Below, one piece after another: positions 28,536 to 38,840 of a DNA stretch of 64,000 bases; the first letter of the stretch is position 1, and each line of letters starts with the position of its first letter. Where the stretch lies: contig JBBFLL010000006.1 in the NCBI GenBank assembly GCA_037479045.1, positions 35,832 through 99,831 of the forward strand, written 5' to 3'. The position numbers and the translations under genes were made by a program. Origin of the DNA: Brevinematales bacterium. GTDB lineage: Bacteria; Spirochaetota; Brevinematia; Brevinematales; JAOACQ01. The notes beneath the pieces are model-generated. The model was not told the DNA's origin and ran no database searches. It saw nothing but the letters and a program-made list of their open reading frames with translations.

Positions 28536-29061
28536 ATATTCAATAAATGAAATTTCATTTCTTAGTAATAGGAAAATATTTTTTGACGCAAACGTACTAA
28601 TTTATATTTTTTGGCCAACTACTCCAGACAACACTAAAGCTAAAAATTATTTAAATGTTTTTAGTAAACTTTTAAAGAATAACATTTCGATGTTTATTTA
28701 TTTCATGGTCTTATCTGAAGTAATAAATAGAATTTTAAAAATAGAATATAATAACATTACTAATTATGAAAAGGAAAATTTTAAGCAATTTAGAAAATCA
28801 AAAGAGGGCAGAGAAATAATTTCTACTCTATATACTCAGATAAAAAACAAAATAATTCCTAATTTTAGTATAACAGGTAAAATCTTTACAAAAGAAAATC
28901 TAGAAAACTTTCTTGAAAATTTTTCTCTCGATTTCAATGATAATGCAATTGTTTCCATATGTAAAGACAACAATTTTATACTTTGCACAGATGATTTTGA
29001 TTTTGCAAACGAAGATATAGATATACTTACTGCTAATCCTAAATTTTTCCAGAAAAGATAG
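28507..29061 (+). CDS. PIN-domain nuclease (VapC-like, enlarged)
   Basis: Acidic PIN signature residues appear in the expected order: FFDANVLIY, LSEVINRI, NDNAIVSICKDNNFILCTDDFDF. The start overlaps the preceding ORF by 29 nt. Confidence 0.7.
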   Translation: MFLEKKLKNRYSINEISFLSNRKIFFDANVLIYIFWPTTPDNTKAKNYLNVFSKLLKNNISMFIYFMVLSEVINRILKIEYNNITNYEKENFKQFRKSKEGREIISTLYTQIKNKIIPNFSITGKIFTKENLENFLENFSLDFNDNAIVSICKDNNFILCTDDFDFANEDIDILTANPKFFQKR

Positions 29062-29123
29062 TTTTTTTTATTTTCGACAAAACATAATTTTTATATCTAA
29101 AATTAAACTTATAGGAGCTTTTT

Positions 29124-29426
29124 ATGATAAAACATATTGTTATGTGGAAATTGAAAGAAAGTGCCTTTGGGAATACAAAAGAAAAAAATGCCCTTCTCAT
29201 TAAAGAAAAACTTGAAGCATTAAACGGAAAAATCCCCGGACTACTCAAACTCGAGGTAGGAATAGATTTTTCTCAAACCCCAGAGAGTTCTGATATTGTT
29301 CTTTATTCAGAGTTTGAATCGAGAGATGCCCTCAATAATTACCAATCTCATCCCGAACATAAGGCTATAATACCTTTTGTAGCAGAGGTTAGAGAAGAAA
29401 GAAGGGTTGTTGATTATGAGATTTAG
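29124..29426 (+). CDS. Dabb (stress-responsive alpha/beta barrel) family protein
   Basis: 100 aa. MIKHIVMWKLKE..L..L...IP.L...E.G.D is typical of Dabb. RBS AGGAG is present. Confidence 0.75.
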   Translation: MIKHIVMWKLKESAFGNTKEKNALLIKEKLEALNGKIPGLLKLEVGIDFSQTPESSDIVLYSEFESRDALNNYQSHPEHKAIIPFVAEVREERRVVDYEI

Positions 29427-29489
29427 TTGCCTGTTTAATCTAAATAAAACTTTTTGACATTTCATAACTTTTAAATTAAGATTATAGAT

Positions 29490-29810
29490 ATGAAGAAAAA
29501 AATAAATAAGAGATTATTTCAAATCAAAAATCATTTACTAAATATTTATGGAGAAAAAATTAGAGAAGTTATTCTTTATGGTTCTTATGCGAGAAAAAAG
29601 TATACAAAAAATTCTGACATTGATATACTTGTTTTGACTGACATATCTCTTAATCCTTCGGAAGTCAGAAAAAGCTTAAGTGACCTCTTGCTTGATATTT
29701 TAATTGAAGACGAAGAACTTGTCTCAGTAATTATTATTCCTGAAAATACATTCAAAAATTATAATTATCCTTTTGTAAAAAATGTTAAAAAAGATGGAAT
29801 CAGAATATGA
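29490..29810 (+). CDS. MNT-type nucleotidyltransferase (antitoxin of a HEPN-MNT pair)
   Basis: GSYARKKYTKNSDIDILVL is the minimal nucleotidyltransferase motif (GS..DxD). Length is 106 aa. Confidence 0.8.
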   Translation: MKKKINKRLFQIKNHLLNIYGEKIREVILYGSYARKKYTKNSDIDILVLTDISLNPSEVRKSLSDLLLDILIEDEELVSVIIIPENTFKNYNYPFVKNVKKDGIRI

Positions 29811-30202
29811 AAGAAATTTTGGATTATATAGAAAAAGCTGAAAGATTTTTAAACACAGCAAAAACTGCTTTTAGTCTTTCAGACTATGACTCCCGTGTTT
29901 CAAGAATTTATTATGCAATGTTTTTTATGGCTGAGGCGGTTCTTCTAACTAAAAATTTAACCTCATCTTCTCATAAAGGAGTTTTAAGTTTATTTGGAGC
30001 AAATTTTATAAAGACTGGCACATTCAACAGAGAAATCGGCAAAATTTTAACTGAAGCTTATGATAAAAGAATAGTTGGAGATTATGGAATAGGTTTTATA
30101 ATAACCAGAGAAGAGGCTGAAGAAATGATTACAAAGGGAGAAATGTTTTTTGACACTCTCAAAGACTATCTTGAAAATTGGATTGAAACTACAAAAAAAT
30201 GA
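29807..30202 (+). CDS. HEPN domain protein (toxin of a HEPN-MNT pair)
   Basis: 131 aa, helical, with a HEPN-like A..A.....D..S..R.YYAMF.MAEA.L core and KRIVGDYG. Its ATGA overlaps the MNT gene. Confidence 0.75.
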   Translation: MKEILDYIEKAERFLNTAKTAFSLSDYDSRVSRIYYAMFFMAEAVLLTKNLTSSSHKGVLSLFGANFIKTGTFNREIGKILTEAYDKRIVGDYGIGFIITREEAEEMITKGEMFFDTLKDYLENWIETTKK

Positions 30203-30303
30203 AGAAAATAGCCTGAAATAAAAATATAGCTAAAATTGTAAAATATTCTTTTTTTTATTATACTATTTAACCAAAGAAATTGATAAATCAATGGAGTTCC
30301 ACT

Positions 30304-31278
30304 ATGGCATATTTTGATTTACCACTTGAACAACTTAAAACCTACCTTCCAGAAAGATATGAAGAGAAAGACTTTGACGAATTCTGGAAGAAAACAATTG
30401 AGGAGTCAGATGAGTTTTCATTAAATCCAGAAATCAAAAAGGTTGAGTGCTATCTTAAAACTGTCGAAGTCTTTGATATTACATTCAGTGGCTATAAAGG
30501 TCAGAGAATAAAAGGCTGGTATGTTTTACCGGTAAATAGAAGCGGCAAACTCCCCTGCATTGTGGAATTCATAGGCTATGGTGGTGGAAGAAACTTTCCT
30601 TTTGATCATCTTCTATGGGCAAGTGCTGGTTATGCTTACATTATAATGGACACAAGAGGACAGGGAAGTAACTGGAGCAAGGGAGACACCCCTGACTATT
30701 CTGACGATACAAACCCGCATTATCCCGGCTTTATGACAAAAGGCATATTGAACCCAGAGACATATTATTACAGGCGTGTGTTTGTCGATGCTTTAAGATG
30801 TGTTAAACTTGCAACTACATTGCCAGAAGTAGACAACTCTAAAATAGCCATCACAGGAGGAAGTCAGGGAGGTGGAATTGCCCTTGCAGTTGCTGGCTTA
30901 TCGAATGATGTCTGGCTAATGATGACTGATGTCCCTTTCCTTTGTCATTACAGAAGAGCTGTTGAGATTGTTGACACAATGCCGTATGGAGAAATCACAA
31001 ACTTTCTTAAAATCCACAGAGACAAATTTGACACTGTCTTTAAAACACTTTCTTACTTTGATGGAGTTAATTTTGCAGTAAGAGCAAAAGCAAAGGCTTT
31101 ATTCTCAGTGGCTTTAATGGACACAACTTGTCCACCATCGACAGTTTTTGCTGCATACAACCACTATGCAGGAGAAAAGGAAATAAGAATATATCCATTT
31201 AACAACCATGAGGGTGGACAGTCATATCATACATTTGAAAAGCTGAAATTTTTGAATGAAAATTTATATAAAAATTAA
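30304..31278 (+). CDS. CE7 acetyl xylan esterase / cephalosporin-C deacetylase
   Basis: [28 protein letters not shown].. closely resembles the N-terminus of the Thermotoga maritima CE7 esterase as I recall it. The nucleophile motif is GGSQGG. I use ATG 30304, with GGAG upstream. Confidence 0.85.
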   Translation: MAYFDLPLEQLKTYLPERYEEKDFDEFWKKTIEESDEFSLNPEIKKVECYLKTVEVFDITFSGYKGQRIKGWYVLPVNRSGKLPCIVEFIGYGGGRNFPFDHLLWASAGYAYIIMDTRGQGSNWSKGDTPDYSDDTNPHYPGFMTKGILNPETYYYRRVFVDALRCVKLATTLPEVDNSKIAITGGSQGGGIALAVAGLSNDVWLMMTDVPFLCHYRRAVEIVDTMPYGEITNFLKIHRDKFDTVFKTLSYFDGVNFAVRAKAKALFSVALMDTTCPPSTVFAAYNHYAGEKEIRIYPFNNHEGGQSYHTFEKLKFLNENLYKN

Positions 31279-33209
31279 AATTCATTCTTATTATATCCCG
31301 AAAACATTTTTCCGCCACCACGGAAAAACTTCATAAAGAATTCGTAATATTCAAGCCTCAATACCTGTATGCTTACAATAAATCCTTCAAATCCAATAAC
31401 AAAAAGGTTTCCCAGGAATATTACAACAGCTTCTGTAACAGGATTTTTAAACATTGAAGCAATAATAAATACAGCCCCCATCAAAGCCTCATGGTTTAAG
31501 GCAAAAGCCCCAACACGCATAAAAGAAATTGTGTTCGTAAGAAAAGTAAGAACAGCTTCAACAACCTCAATAAGTATCATAATTGGATTAATTGGCATTT
31601 CCTCTTCAGAATCATGATGTTTAAAGAAAATTCTTTCAAGAAGTTTTTCAAATGCTATGACTACAAGGAAAAATACAGGAATATATATCATCCATTTCTG
31701 ATAAATTTTAAGAAAATTGAAAATAAAAATTGCAAGTAAACTCCAGTAAAACCCTATTCCAGGAATTCCCATAGAACTGAATAGAAGTCTGCCATAATTT
31801 TTTTCTCTAACACAGTTTATAATGTTTATAATAATACCCAAAGACACCATCCAAACACCAAAACCTATGGCAAAGAGCAAGATTTCCATAATATGAGTCA
31901 TTGGTTTAAGCCATATAGTCTTAATCACATGTTCATAACCAAATACATTCCCATAAAGAATCCCAAAAAACGCAGAAGAAAGCCCTACATAGCATATAAT
32001 TCTTGCAAATGAACGAATAAAACTCAGCCTTTTTACAAAAAGTCCAAGCAACCCAACAAAAAATAAAACAAGCCCCTGTCCAAGATCACCAAACATAACA
32101 CCATACATTAAAACATAACTCAAAGCAACAATAGGAGTAGGATCAATTTCATTGTATTTCGGAACACCAAAATTAAGCACAAGCCCCTCAAAAGGCTTGA
32201 GAAATGAAGGGTTTGAAAGTTTTGTAGGTGGCGTCATTCCTTCTTTTTCTATAGCTTCTTTATCAGAAATACTTGTTATAGCACATCGTTTTTCCGTAAC
32301 GTTCTCAATTACAGATTTCAATTTCTCAAGTTTTTTATCTGGCACCCAGCAGGAAATTAAAACAACATCTCTTGAAGATACCATTTCTTTTTCAAGTTTA
32401 TACAATGCAAGATAATACTCTACACTTGCCTGAAGTAAATTAAAGGTTCCAACTGATTTCTCAAGTGTTTCTTTTATCTTATTTTCATACCATATTTCTT
32501 CATCCTGAAGTCCAATGACAGAAATACCGAGAGTTAAAAAACCAACCTTTTTCTGCTCCTGTTCAGGAAAACCATAATCCTTAAAATAGGCGTTTTTGAG
32601 AATGCTGTCTATTTTGTCAAAATATTTTCTTGGATAAATGAGCAAAATTACACTTTCTTTTTCAATTTCACCAAGAAACCTGAGTTCACAGGAAAAGTCC
32701 TTTAAAGCATTGACAAGTCCCTGCCTATTCAAAGACGGAATCGATCCAAAATATATGCCAAAAAATTTTAAATTTTCATAATCAGATAGATCAAGATCAA
32801 CCTGTGATAAAAAAACATTCTTTTTAAGTCTCAATTCCTCTTCAATCTTCTTTCTTCTTACTTCTTCAAGTTTTGTGTTTAAATCGTTTATTTTTGTTTC
32901 TACAGCAACAAGAGTTGTCTCAATTTCATCTTCTTTTAAAATAGAAAGAAAATCTGGCTTACCTGTATCAAGTTCTTCCCAGAAAGACTTTACCAAAGAA
33001 TAAAGATAATTAATTCTCTTTTCGTATTCTTTAAGACGTGATATTCTTTCATCAACTGGAGTTTTTTTAAAAAAGAATTCCTTTATAGTTGTTTCGTTAA
33101 TATTTATTGTTTCAAATTCTCCAAATTTGAGAAGTTCTTTTTTAACAATATCTTTATCTTTGTTTAAAATAAAAATATCAACCTTTCGCATCTTTTCGGG
33201 AAAAAACAT
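31275..33209 (-). CDS. atpI: V/A-type ATPase subunit I (a)
   Basis: 644 aa. The N-terminal cytoplasmic coiled domain starts [14 protein letters not shown]. The C-terminus is polytopic. It is the last gene of the operon. Confidence 0.85.
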   Translation of the reverse strand: MFFPEKMRKVDIFILNKDKDIVKKELLKFGEFETININETTIKEFFFKKTPVDERISRLKEYEKRINYLYSLVKSFWEELDTGKPDFLSILKEDEIETTLVAVETKINDLNTKLEEVRRKKIEEELRLKKNVFLSQVDLDLSDYENLKFFGIYFGSIPSLNRQGLVNALKDFSCELRFLGEIEKESVILLIYPRKYFDKIDSILKNAYFKDYGFPEQEQKKVGFLTLGISVIGLQDEEIWYENKIKETLEKSVGTFNLLQASVEYYLALYKLEKEMVSSRDVVLISCWVPDKKLEKLKSVIENVTEKRCAITSISDKEAIEKEGMTPPTKLSNPSFLKPFEGLVLNFGVPKYNEIDPTPIVALSYVLMYGVMFGDLGQGLVLFFVGLLGLFVKRLSFIRSFARIICYVGLSSAFFGILYGNVFGYEHVIKTIWLKPMTHIMEILLFAIGFGVWMVSLGIIINIINCVREKNYGRLLFSSMGIPGIGFYWSLLAIFIFNFLKIYQKWMIYIPVFFLVVIAFEKLLERIFFKHHDSEEEMPINPIMILIEVVEAVLTFLTNTISFMRVGAFALNHEALMGAVFIIASMFKNPVTEAVVIFLGNLFVIGFEGFIVSIQVLRLEYYEFFMKFFRGGGKMFSGYNKNEF

Positions 33210-33231
33210 AACACCCTCTTAAAATTTTTAT

Positions 33232-34245
33232 TCACAAAACAAGAAACTTCATAGTGTCTTCTATATTAATACCTTCTTTCTTGGCTTCAAGCAAGGCTAT
33301 CCAGTTTTTCTCATTCAAATAATGAAGTAAAAAGAAAGATAGAAAGAACGAAATAGAAAAACCACCTTTTTTCATACCACTTTTTGCCCTTTTTCGCAAT
33401 TCCTTGAAAAAATGATACTCAAGATAATCTTCATAATTTTCTTCTTTAGTCTTTGTTGAAATAATTTTCCATTCAACAAGAAGATTTATAAATTTTTCTT
33501 CACTCTCTGCTTCAAGTAACATTTCATACCTCGTAGTGGATAATACCCCCAATAATTCTGGCAAGAGAACCATACATTCATTCTTTCCAAGATTAAACAA
33601 AAATTTAGCCCTATAAAGGGATAAAATCCTCTTTGATTCAAGAAAATAAAAAAACAACTTCTCTATCCCACCCTTCTCAAAAATAGAAAGAGAGTCATAA
33701 AACCTTTTCAACATCGCTACCATATAATTATCAATTGCAATATCAAAAAAGAAAGTTGTTCTTGTTTCAAGAACTCTTGGAAAAGTATCCTTCGCAATAG
33801 AGTAATACTCTGTTCCACTCATAAAGTCAAGAAATTCATCTATGGAGTTAACATTTCTCAAAAAGTCTGCCTGAAATTTACTCCCAGGTTCAAGCTCAAA
33901 AAGCAAATGAAAAAAATCTTTCCTTCCCAGCAAGAGTATCTTAAGCATAAGTTTTATATTTTCAACTTCATAAAGCTTAAGCCATACCTTAAAAAATTTT
34001 TTTGAACTCCCATGAACAAATCTTTCAACACTTTTTATAAAAAGAAAACCTTCCTGTTTAATGGCTTTTTCAAGTGAAATAATATCATCTGATGAGAGTT
34101 TGACTTTCTTCAATCTCGACTTCACAAGGTCTTTAAGCTCACTTAAATCCATATTTAAAGCCACTTCAATCTCACTATCTTTAAGAAGTGAATTTCGCCA
34201 CGCCATTATCTTGGGAAAAATAGCAATATATTTAAAATCAAACAT
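33232..34245 (-). CDS. atpC: V/A-type ATPase subunit C (d)
   Basis: 337-aa helical protein between the small stalk protein and subunit I. The assignment rests on size and operon position. Confidence 0.65.
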   Translation of the reverse strand: MFDFKYIAIFPKIMAWRNSLLKDSEIEVALNMDLSELKDLVKSRLKKVKLSSDDIISLEKAIKQEGFLFIKSVERFVHGSSKKFFKVWLKLYEVENIKLMLKILLLGRKDFFHLLFELEPGSKFQADFLRNVNSIDEFLDFMSGTEYYSIAKDTFPRVLETRTTFFFDIAIDNYMVAMLKRFYDSLSIFEKGGIEKLFFYFLESKRILSLYRAKFLFNLGKNECMVLLPELLGVLSTTRYEMLLEAESEEKFINLLVEWKIISTKTKEENYEDYLEYHFFKELRKRAKSGMKKGGFSISFFLSFFLLHYLNEKNWIALLEAKKEGINIEDTMKFLVL

Positions 34246-34253
34246 CTAAAACC

Positions 34254-34565
34254 TCATTTTTCAAAAATCAACTTAATAATCTTTTCTTTAATTATATCTT
34301 TTTTTTCATTAAATAATCTCATTTTATCATCAAGTTCCTTTTGAAAAGAATTCATCCTTTCTTTCTTAAAATTCTCTATATCTTTATTAAGCTCTTCAAG
34401 CATCAATTTCTTTTCAACTTCAAATTTATTTTTAAAATCTTCTTCAAGCATCTTTATTTTATTTTGTGCATTTGAAATTATTTGATTTACTTCTTTATCA
34501 GATTTTTCAATTTCTTCCTGCAATTCAAGTTCAACCTTTTTGATAGTTTCAAGAACTTTCTTCAT
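34254..34565 (-). CDS. small coiled-coil protein, probable peripheral-stalk (G/H-like) V-ATPase subunit
   Basis: 103 aa, almost entirely a charged heptad-like helix. Its ATGA overlaps the USP gene stop. Operon context supports the call. Confidence 0.5.
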   Translation of the reverse strand: MKKVLETIKKVELELQEEIEKSDKEVNQIISNAQNKIKMLEEDFKNKFEVEKKLMLEELNKDIENFKKERMNSFQKELDDKMRLFNEKKDIIKEKIIKLIFEK

Positions 34566-35014
34566 ATTTCCTCTCCAATAACAAGAATATCTATATCAAC
34601 AGTAAGTAATAATCTTCTCTCAATAGGTGCAAAAATATCCTTTAGCCCTTCCCCACCAAGTTTTTTTGGAATAAATAAGACTTTGTGAACCTCATCATCG
34701 CACTTTACATAGTGCAATATTTCATGATAAGGATCTCCTTTTAAAATCACATGCTTTGCTTCTATTCCTATGCTATTTGCCTCTTTCACCATTTTATTAA
34801 GATAATTTTCAACATCTTTTTTCATTGTCTCGTTATACTGCTCTACTTCTTCTTCTATAAATATATTATATCTTTTTAATTTATTGACAAGCTCAATATT
34901 TAAAACAGCAAGAAAAACAACCTCAAAATTATGATTCTTCGCAAATGACAGAGCCTTCTTATAGGCTTTTTTACCCTCTGGAGAACCTGTAATCGGGATA
35001 TAAATCTTTCCCAC
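34562..35014 (-). CDS. universal stress protein (UspA family) embedded in the V-ATPase operon
   Basis: About 150 aa with a USP-like layout (IYIPITGSPEGKKAYKKALSFAK ... LGGEG ... ILVIG). GTG 35014 lies 5 nt after AGGAGGT, which overlaps the atpD stop. The ORF track starts at TTG 35017. Confidence 0.6.
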   Translation of the reverse strand: MGKIYIPITGSPEGKKAYKKALSFAKNHNFEVVFLAVLNIELVNKLKRYNIFIEEEVEQYNETMKKDVENYLNKMVKEANSIGIEAKHVILKGDPYHEILHYVKCDDEVHKVLFIPKKLGGEGLKDIFAPIERRLLLTVDIDILVIGEEI

Positions 35015-35024
35015 CAAACACCTC

Positions 35025-35651
35025 CTACTTTTCCTTCACTCTTTTCATCTGGAAAAATGTCTCCCTCTCCCTTTCTTCAAGAGTATCCTGAATAAATTTA
35101 ATTATTTCTTTAAATTCTGGAATAAAAATATTCTCAAGAGCATTAACTCTACGTTGGGTCTTTTTTATCTCATAGGCGAGTCTCCAGGCTCTTGCTTCAA
35201 GCTCAGCAACCTGTATAAGAATCTCAATAAACTCCTTTGATTTTTTTGAAAACCTATCATAAATCCTGAATCTTTCAAGAGAAGTTAAACTTTCAAAATT
35301 CATTTTTCTTTCTTCTTTCTTTTTTTGTTTTACTACAGGTATATTAACGCCCATTATACTCTTCTCTGTAATTGCAAGTCTATCGAATTTCTCATAATTA
35401 TCCATCAAAATCTTTCTTAAGCCCAATTCTCCAAACTCAAGTTTAAGGAGTTTAAACTGATAATACATATCCTTTAACTTTTGATTTAAGATTTCTCTTT
35501 TGTTTTTAACATCTTCTGCTATCTCAAGTAGATGCATCACTAAAACTTCTCTTTTCTCCTCAAGCAAATCATGTCCTTCTATAGAAAACTGAAGCTGTTC
35601 TTTGTATTCAAGTAAATTTGTTTTTGTTGGTGCTATTTCTGCTAAGTTCAT
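35025..35651 (-). CDS. atpD: V/A-type ATPase subunit D
   Basis: 208-aa coiled-coil central-stalk protein that begins ..[13 protein letters not shown], typical of subunit D. It overlaps the atpB stop. Confidence 0.85.
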   Translation of the reverse strand: MNLAEIAPTKTNLLEYKEQLQFSIEGHDLLEEKREVLVMHLLEIAEDVKNKREILNQKLKDMYYQFKLLKLEFGELGLRKILMDNYEKFDRLAITEKSIMGVNIPVVKQKKKEERKMNFESLTSLERFRIYDRFSKKSKEFIEILIQVAELEARAWRLAYEIKKTQRRVNALENIFIPEFKEIIKFIQDTLEERERETFFQMKRVKEK

Positions 35652-37045
35652 ACTTCCTCTTTAGTTTCTATATAATATTTTTCAATTTCTTCTTCTTTTA
35701 AACCAGAAAGTTCTGTCTTTGGCAATATCGAAAGCATTTTCCAGCCAAGCCCAAGACTGTATTCAATTGATCTATCCTCTGTAAATCCCTGTCCTATAAA
35801 ATTCCTCTCAAACTCATTTCCAAACTTTAAGTAAGCCTTATCAACTGGAGTCAACTCTTCTTCTCCAACAATTGAAGCAATAGAACGAACCTCTTTAACC
35901 CTCGCATAACTTGCATAAAGCTGCATAAATAGATGTGGATGATCATCTCTTGTATAACCTTTACCTATACTATCCTTCATAAGTCTCGACAAAGAAGGCA
36001 AAACATCTATTGGTGGATATATCCCTTTTCCATACAAATCTCTCGAAAGCACAATCTGCCCCTCTGTAATATAACCCGTAAGGTCTGGAACAGGATGTGT
36101 AATATCATCATTAGGCATTGTAAGAATTGGAACTTGCGTTATTGAACCAGTTCTGCCTTTAACTCTACCAGCTCTTTCATATATTGTTGCAAGATCACTA
36201 TACATATAGCCTGGAAAACCTTTTCTTGCTGGAACTTCTCCTCTTGCATTTGCAATTTCTCTTAAAGCCTCACAATAACTTGTCATATCAGTAAGAATTA
36301 CAAGAACATGCTTTCCTTTATCATAAGCAAGGTATTCTGCAACTGTTAATGCAACTCTTGGTGTAACAATTCTTTCAATAGGTGGATCATTTGCAAGGTT
36401 AAGAAACATTACAACATTTTTTAAAGCCCCTCTTTCCTCAAAATTATTTATAAAGAAAAAGGCATCATCATTCTTTATACCCATAGCCGCAAACACAACA
36501 GCAAAGTTTCCAGCTTCTTCGCCTGGCAATTTTGCCTGTGCAGCAATTTGAGCGGCAAGCTCATTATGTGGAAGACCAGCAGCCGAAAATATAGGAAGTT
36601 TTTGTCCCCTTACAAGAGTATTCATTAGATCAATAGCTGTAATACCTGTCTCTATATACTCTCTCGGATACTCTCTTACCACTGGATTTAAGGATTCTCC
36701 ATTAACATTCCTGTAACTCTCTGGAATAATGTCAAATAGATTATCTATAGGCTTACCAGCTCCATTAAAGACTCTTCCCAGCATTTTTTCAGATAAGCCA
36801 ATCTCAAGAGGTTTACCTGTAAACCTGACTCTTGAAGTTTTTGGATTGATTCCACTTGTTCCTTCAAAAAGCTGTAAAACGACAAAATCATCACTTGTTT
36901 CAAGAACTTTACCTCTTCTTTCGCTTCCATCTTCAAGTTTTATCTCAACCACCTCATCATAACCAACACCCTTGACACCTTCTATAATCAAAATAGGACC
37001 TTTTATAGAATTAATACCTATTCTTTCTTTTGAAATTTCAAACAT
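35648..37045 (-). CDS. atpB: V/A-type ATPase subunit B
   Basis: 465 aa with strong V-type B similarity (..GPILIIEGV.., ..[15 protein letters not shown].., ..PGRRGFPGYMY-like [17 protein letters not shown]). Confidence 0.95.
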   Translation of the reverse strand: MFEISKERIGINSIKGPILIIEGVKGVGYDEVVEIKLEDGSERRGKVLETSDDFVVLQLFEGTSGINPKTSRVRFTGKPLEIGLSEKMLGRVFNGAGKPIDNLFDIIPESYRNVNGESLNPVVREYPREYIETGITAIDLMNTLVRGQKLPIFSAAGLPHNELAAQIAAQAKLPGEEAGNFAVVFAAMGIKNDDAFFFINNFEERGALKNVVMFLNLANDPPIERIVTPRVALTVAEYLAYDKGKHVLVILTDMTSYCEALREIANARGEVPARKGFPGYMYSDLATIYERAGRVKGRTGSITQVPILTMPNDDITHPVPDLTGYITEGQIVLSRDLYGKGIYPPIDVLPSLSRLMKDSIGKGYTRDDHPHLFMQLYASYARVKEVRSIASIVGEEELTPVDKAYLKFGNEFERNFIGQGFTEDRSIEYSLGLGWKMLSILPKTELSGLKEEEIEKYYIETKEEV

Positions 37046-37053
37046 ATCTCCCC

Positions 37054-38826
37054 CTATTCCAGATATTCATTTTCAATGGATTTAAACTCTTCATCCATTT
37101 GTTTTTCAATTTCATCAATCTTCGTCAAATCTTCATTTGGAACAGAAATTTTAATCCTCAAGATTGAAGGAATTATCTTCATACTTCTTATTATTGCAAT
37201 AGGAACTCCATTTTTTATTAAAGCTACAGCTTTATCAAAAAATTTCAGGATAAGCCTTAAAATCTTAAGCTGCTTTTCTGGAGAAGAGTATGTGTCTATC
37301 TCATCATAAGCACTCTGCTGTAAAAAACCTATCTTTATCATCTTAGCCACATCAAGGTAAAGCTGTTCAGAATCAGGCAAGGCATCAGGACCTATCAACT
37401 TGACTATCTTTTGAAGTTTATCCTCTTTTTGCAAAATCTCGAAACTTCTTATTCTCACCTCTCTATAGTCGGGGGCAATATTAGTACTCCACCAGTCATT
37501 TATATCGTCAACATACTGACTATAACTTCTCATCCAGTTTATAGATGGATAATGTCTGCTTGAAGCAAGAAATTTATCAAGCTCCCAGAAACATCTCACA
37601 AATCTCTTTGTATTCTGAGTTACAGGCTCCGAAAAATCTCCTCCCGGCGGAGAAACAGCACCAATTACAGTTATAGAACCATATTTTTTTGCCTTTGTTT
37701 CACAATAACCCGCTCTTTCATAAAAAGCAGCAAGTTTTGAACCAAGATAAGCCGGGAAACCTTCTTCCGCTGGCATTTCTTCAAGTCTTCCAGAAAGCTC
37801 TCTTAAAGCCTCCGCCCATCTCGAAGTTGAATCTGCCATCAAAGCGACATCATATCCCATATCTCTATAGTATTCTGCCAGCGTAATTCCAGTATAAATG
37901 GATGCCTCTCTTGCTGTAACAGGCATATTTGAGGTGTTTGCTATCAAAATTGTTCTCTCCATAAGTGGCTTACCCGTTCTTGGGTCTATAAGTTTTGGAA
38001 AATCCTCAAGCACCTCTGTAATTTCATTTCCTCTCTCTCCACAACCTATATAAACTATAACCTGAGCATCTGCCCATTTTGCAAGCTGATGCTGTGTAAT
38101 GGTTTTACCAGTTCCAAATCCACCGGGTATTCCCGCTGTACCTCCCTTTGCAATTGGGAAAAACAAATCGACAACCCTCTGTCCTGTAAGGAGTGGTAAA
38201 TTAGGCTTAAGCCTTTTATGAACAGGACGTGGGAATTTAACAGGCCATCTATGATACATCTTTACTTCAATTTCTCTATTCTCTTTATCCATAAGAATAA
38301 GGACGGTATCATCAAGTTTATAATCTCCTTCTGGATAAAGTTTTAAAACTCTACCACTCAAATCTGGAGAAAGTAATATTCTGTGTTTAACAAGACTTGT
38401 CTCATCAACCTCACCTATAATTTCTCCACCACTCAGATTTTCACCTTCTTTGACAAGAGGTGTAAAATGCCATTTCTTTTCTCTATCAAGAGCTGGAATA
38501 TTTATACCTCTTCCGATATATATACCACTTCTCTTGCCAATCTCTTCAAGTGGTCTTTGAATACCATCAAAAACATTACCTATAAGTCCCGGCCCAAGTT
38601 CAACCGATAGAGGTAATCCACTTCCATAAACTTTATCCCCCGGTTTAACCCCGCTTGTGTCTTCATACACCTGAATTGTAGCTATATCATTCTCTATAGC
38701 CAGAACTTCCCCAACAAGATGAAGCTCAGAAACATAGACAAGCTCCATCATCTTAAGCATTTCTGTCAACTTTGCAGATACAATAGGTCCATTAATCTTA
38801 AAAATTCTTCCAGCAACTTTATCCAT
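37054..38826 (-). CDS. atpA: V/A-type ATPase catalytic subunit A
   Basis: 590 aa. Walker A motif GGFGTGKT. It carries the non-homologous insertion typical of A subunits. Confidence 0.95.
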   Translation of the reverse strand: MDKVAGRIFKINGPIVSAKLTEMLKMMELVYVSELHLVGEVLAIENDIATIQVYEDTSGVKPGDKVYGSGLPLSVELGPGLIGNVFDGIQRPLEEIGKRSGIYIGRGINIPALDREKKWHFTPLVKEGENLSGGEIIGEVDETSLVKHRILLSPDLSGRVLKLYPEGDYKLDDTVLILMDKENREIEVKMYHRWPVKFPRPVHKRLKPNLPLLTGQRVVDLFFPIAKGGTAGIPGGFGTGKTITQHQLAKWADAQVIVYIGCGERGNEITEVLEDFPKLIDPRTGKPLMERTILIANTSNMPVTAREASIYTGITLAEYYRDMGYDVALMADSTSRWAEALRELSGRLEEMPAEEGFPAYLGSKLAAFYERAGYCETKAKKYGSITVIGAVSPPGGDFSEPVTQNTKRFVRCFWELDKFLASSRHYPSINWMRSYSQYVDDINDWWSTNIAPDYREVRIRSFEILQKEDKLQKIVKLIGPDALPDSEQLYLDVAKMIKIGFLQQSAYDEIDTYSSPEKQLKILRLILKFFDKAVALIKNGVPIAIIRSMKIIPSILRIKISVPNEDLTKIDEIEKQMDEEFKSIENEYLE

Positions 38827-38840
38827 ATAAAATCCTCTAT

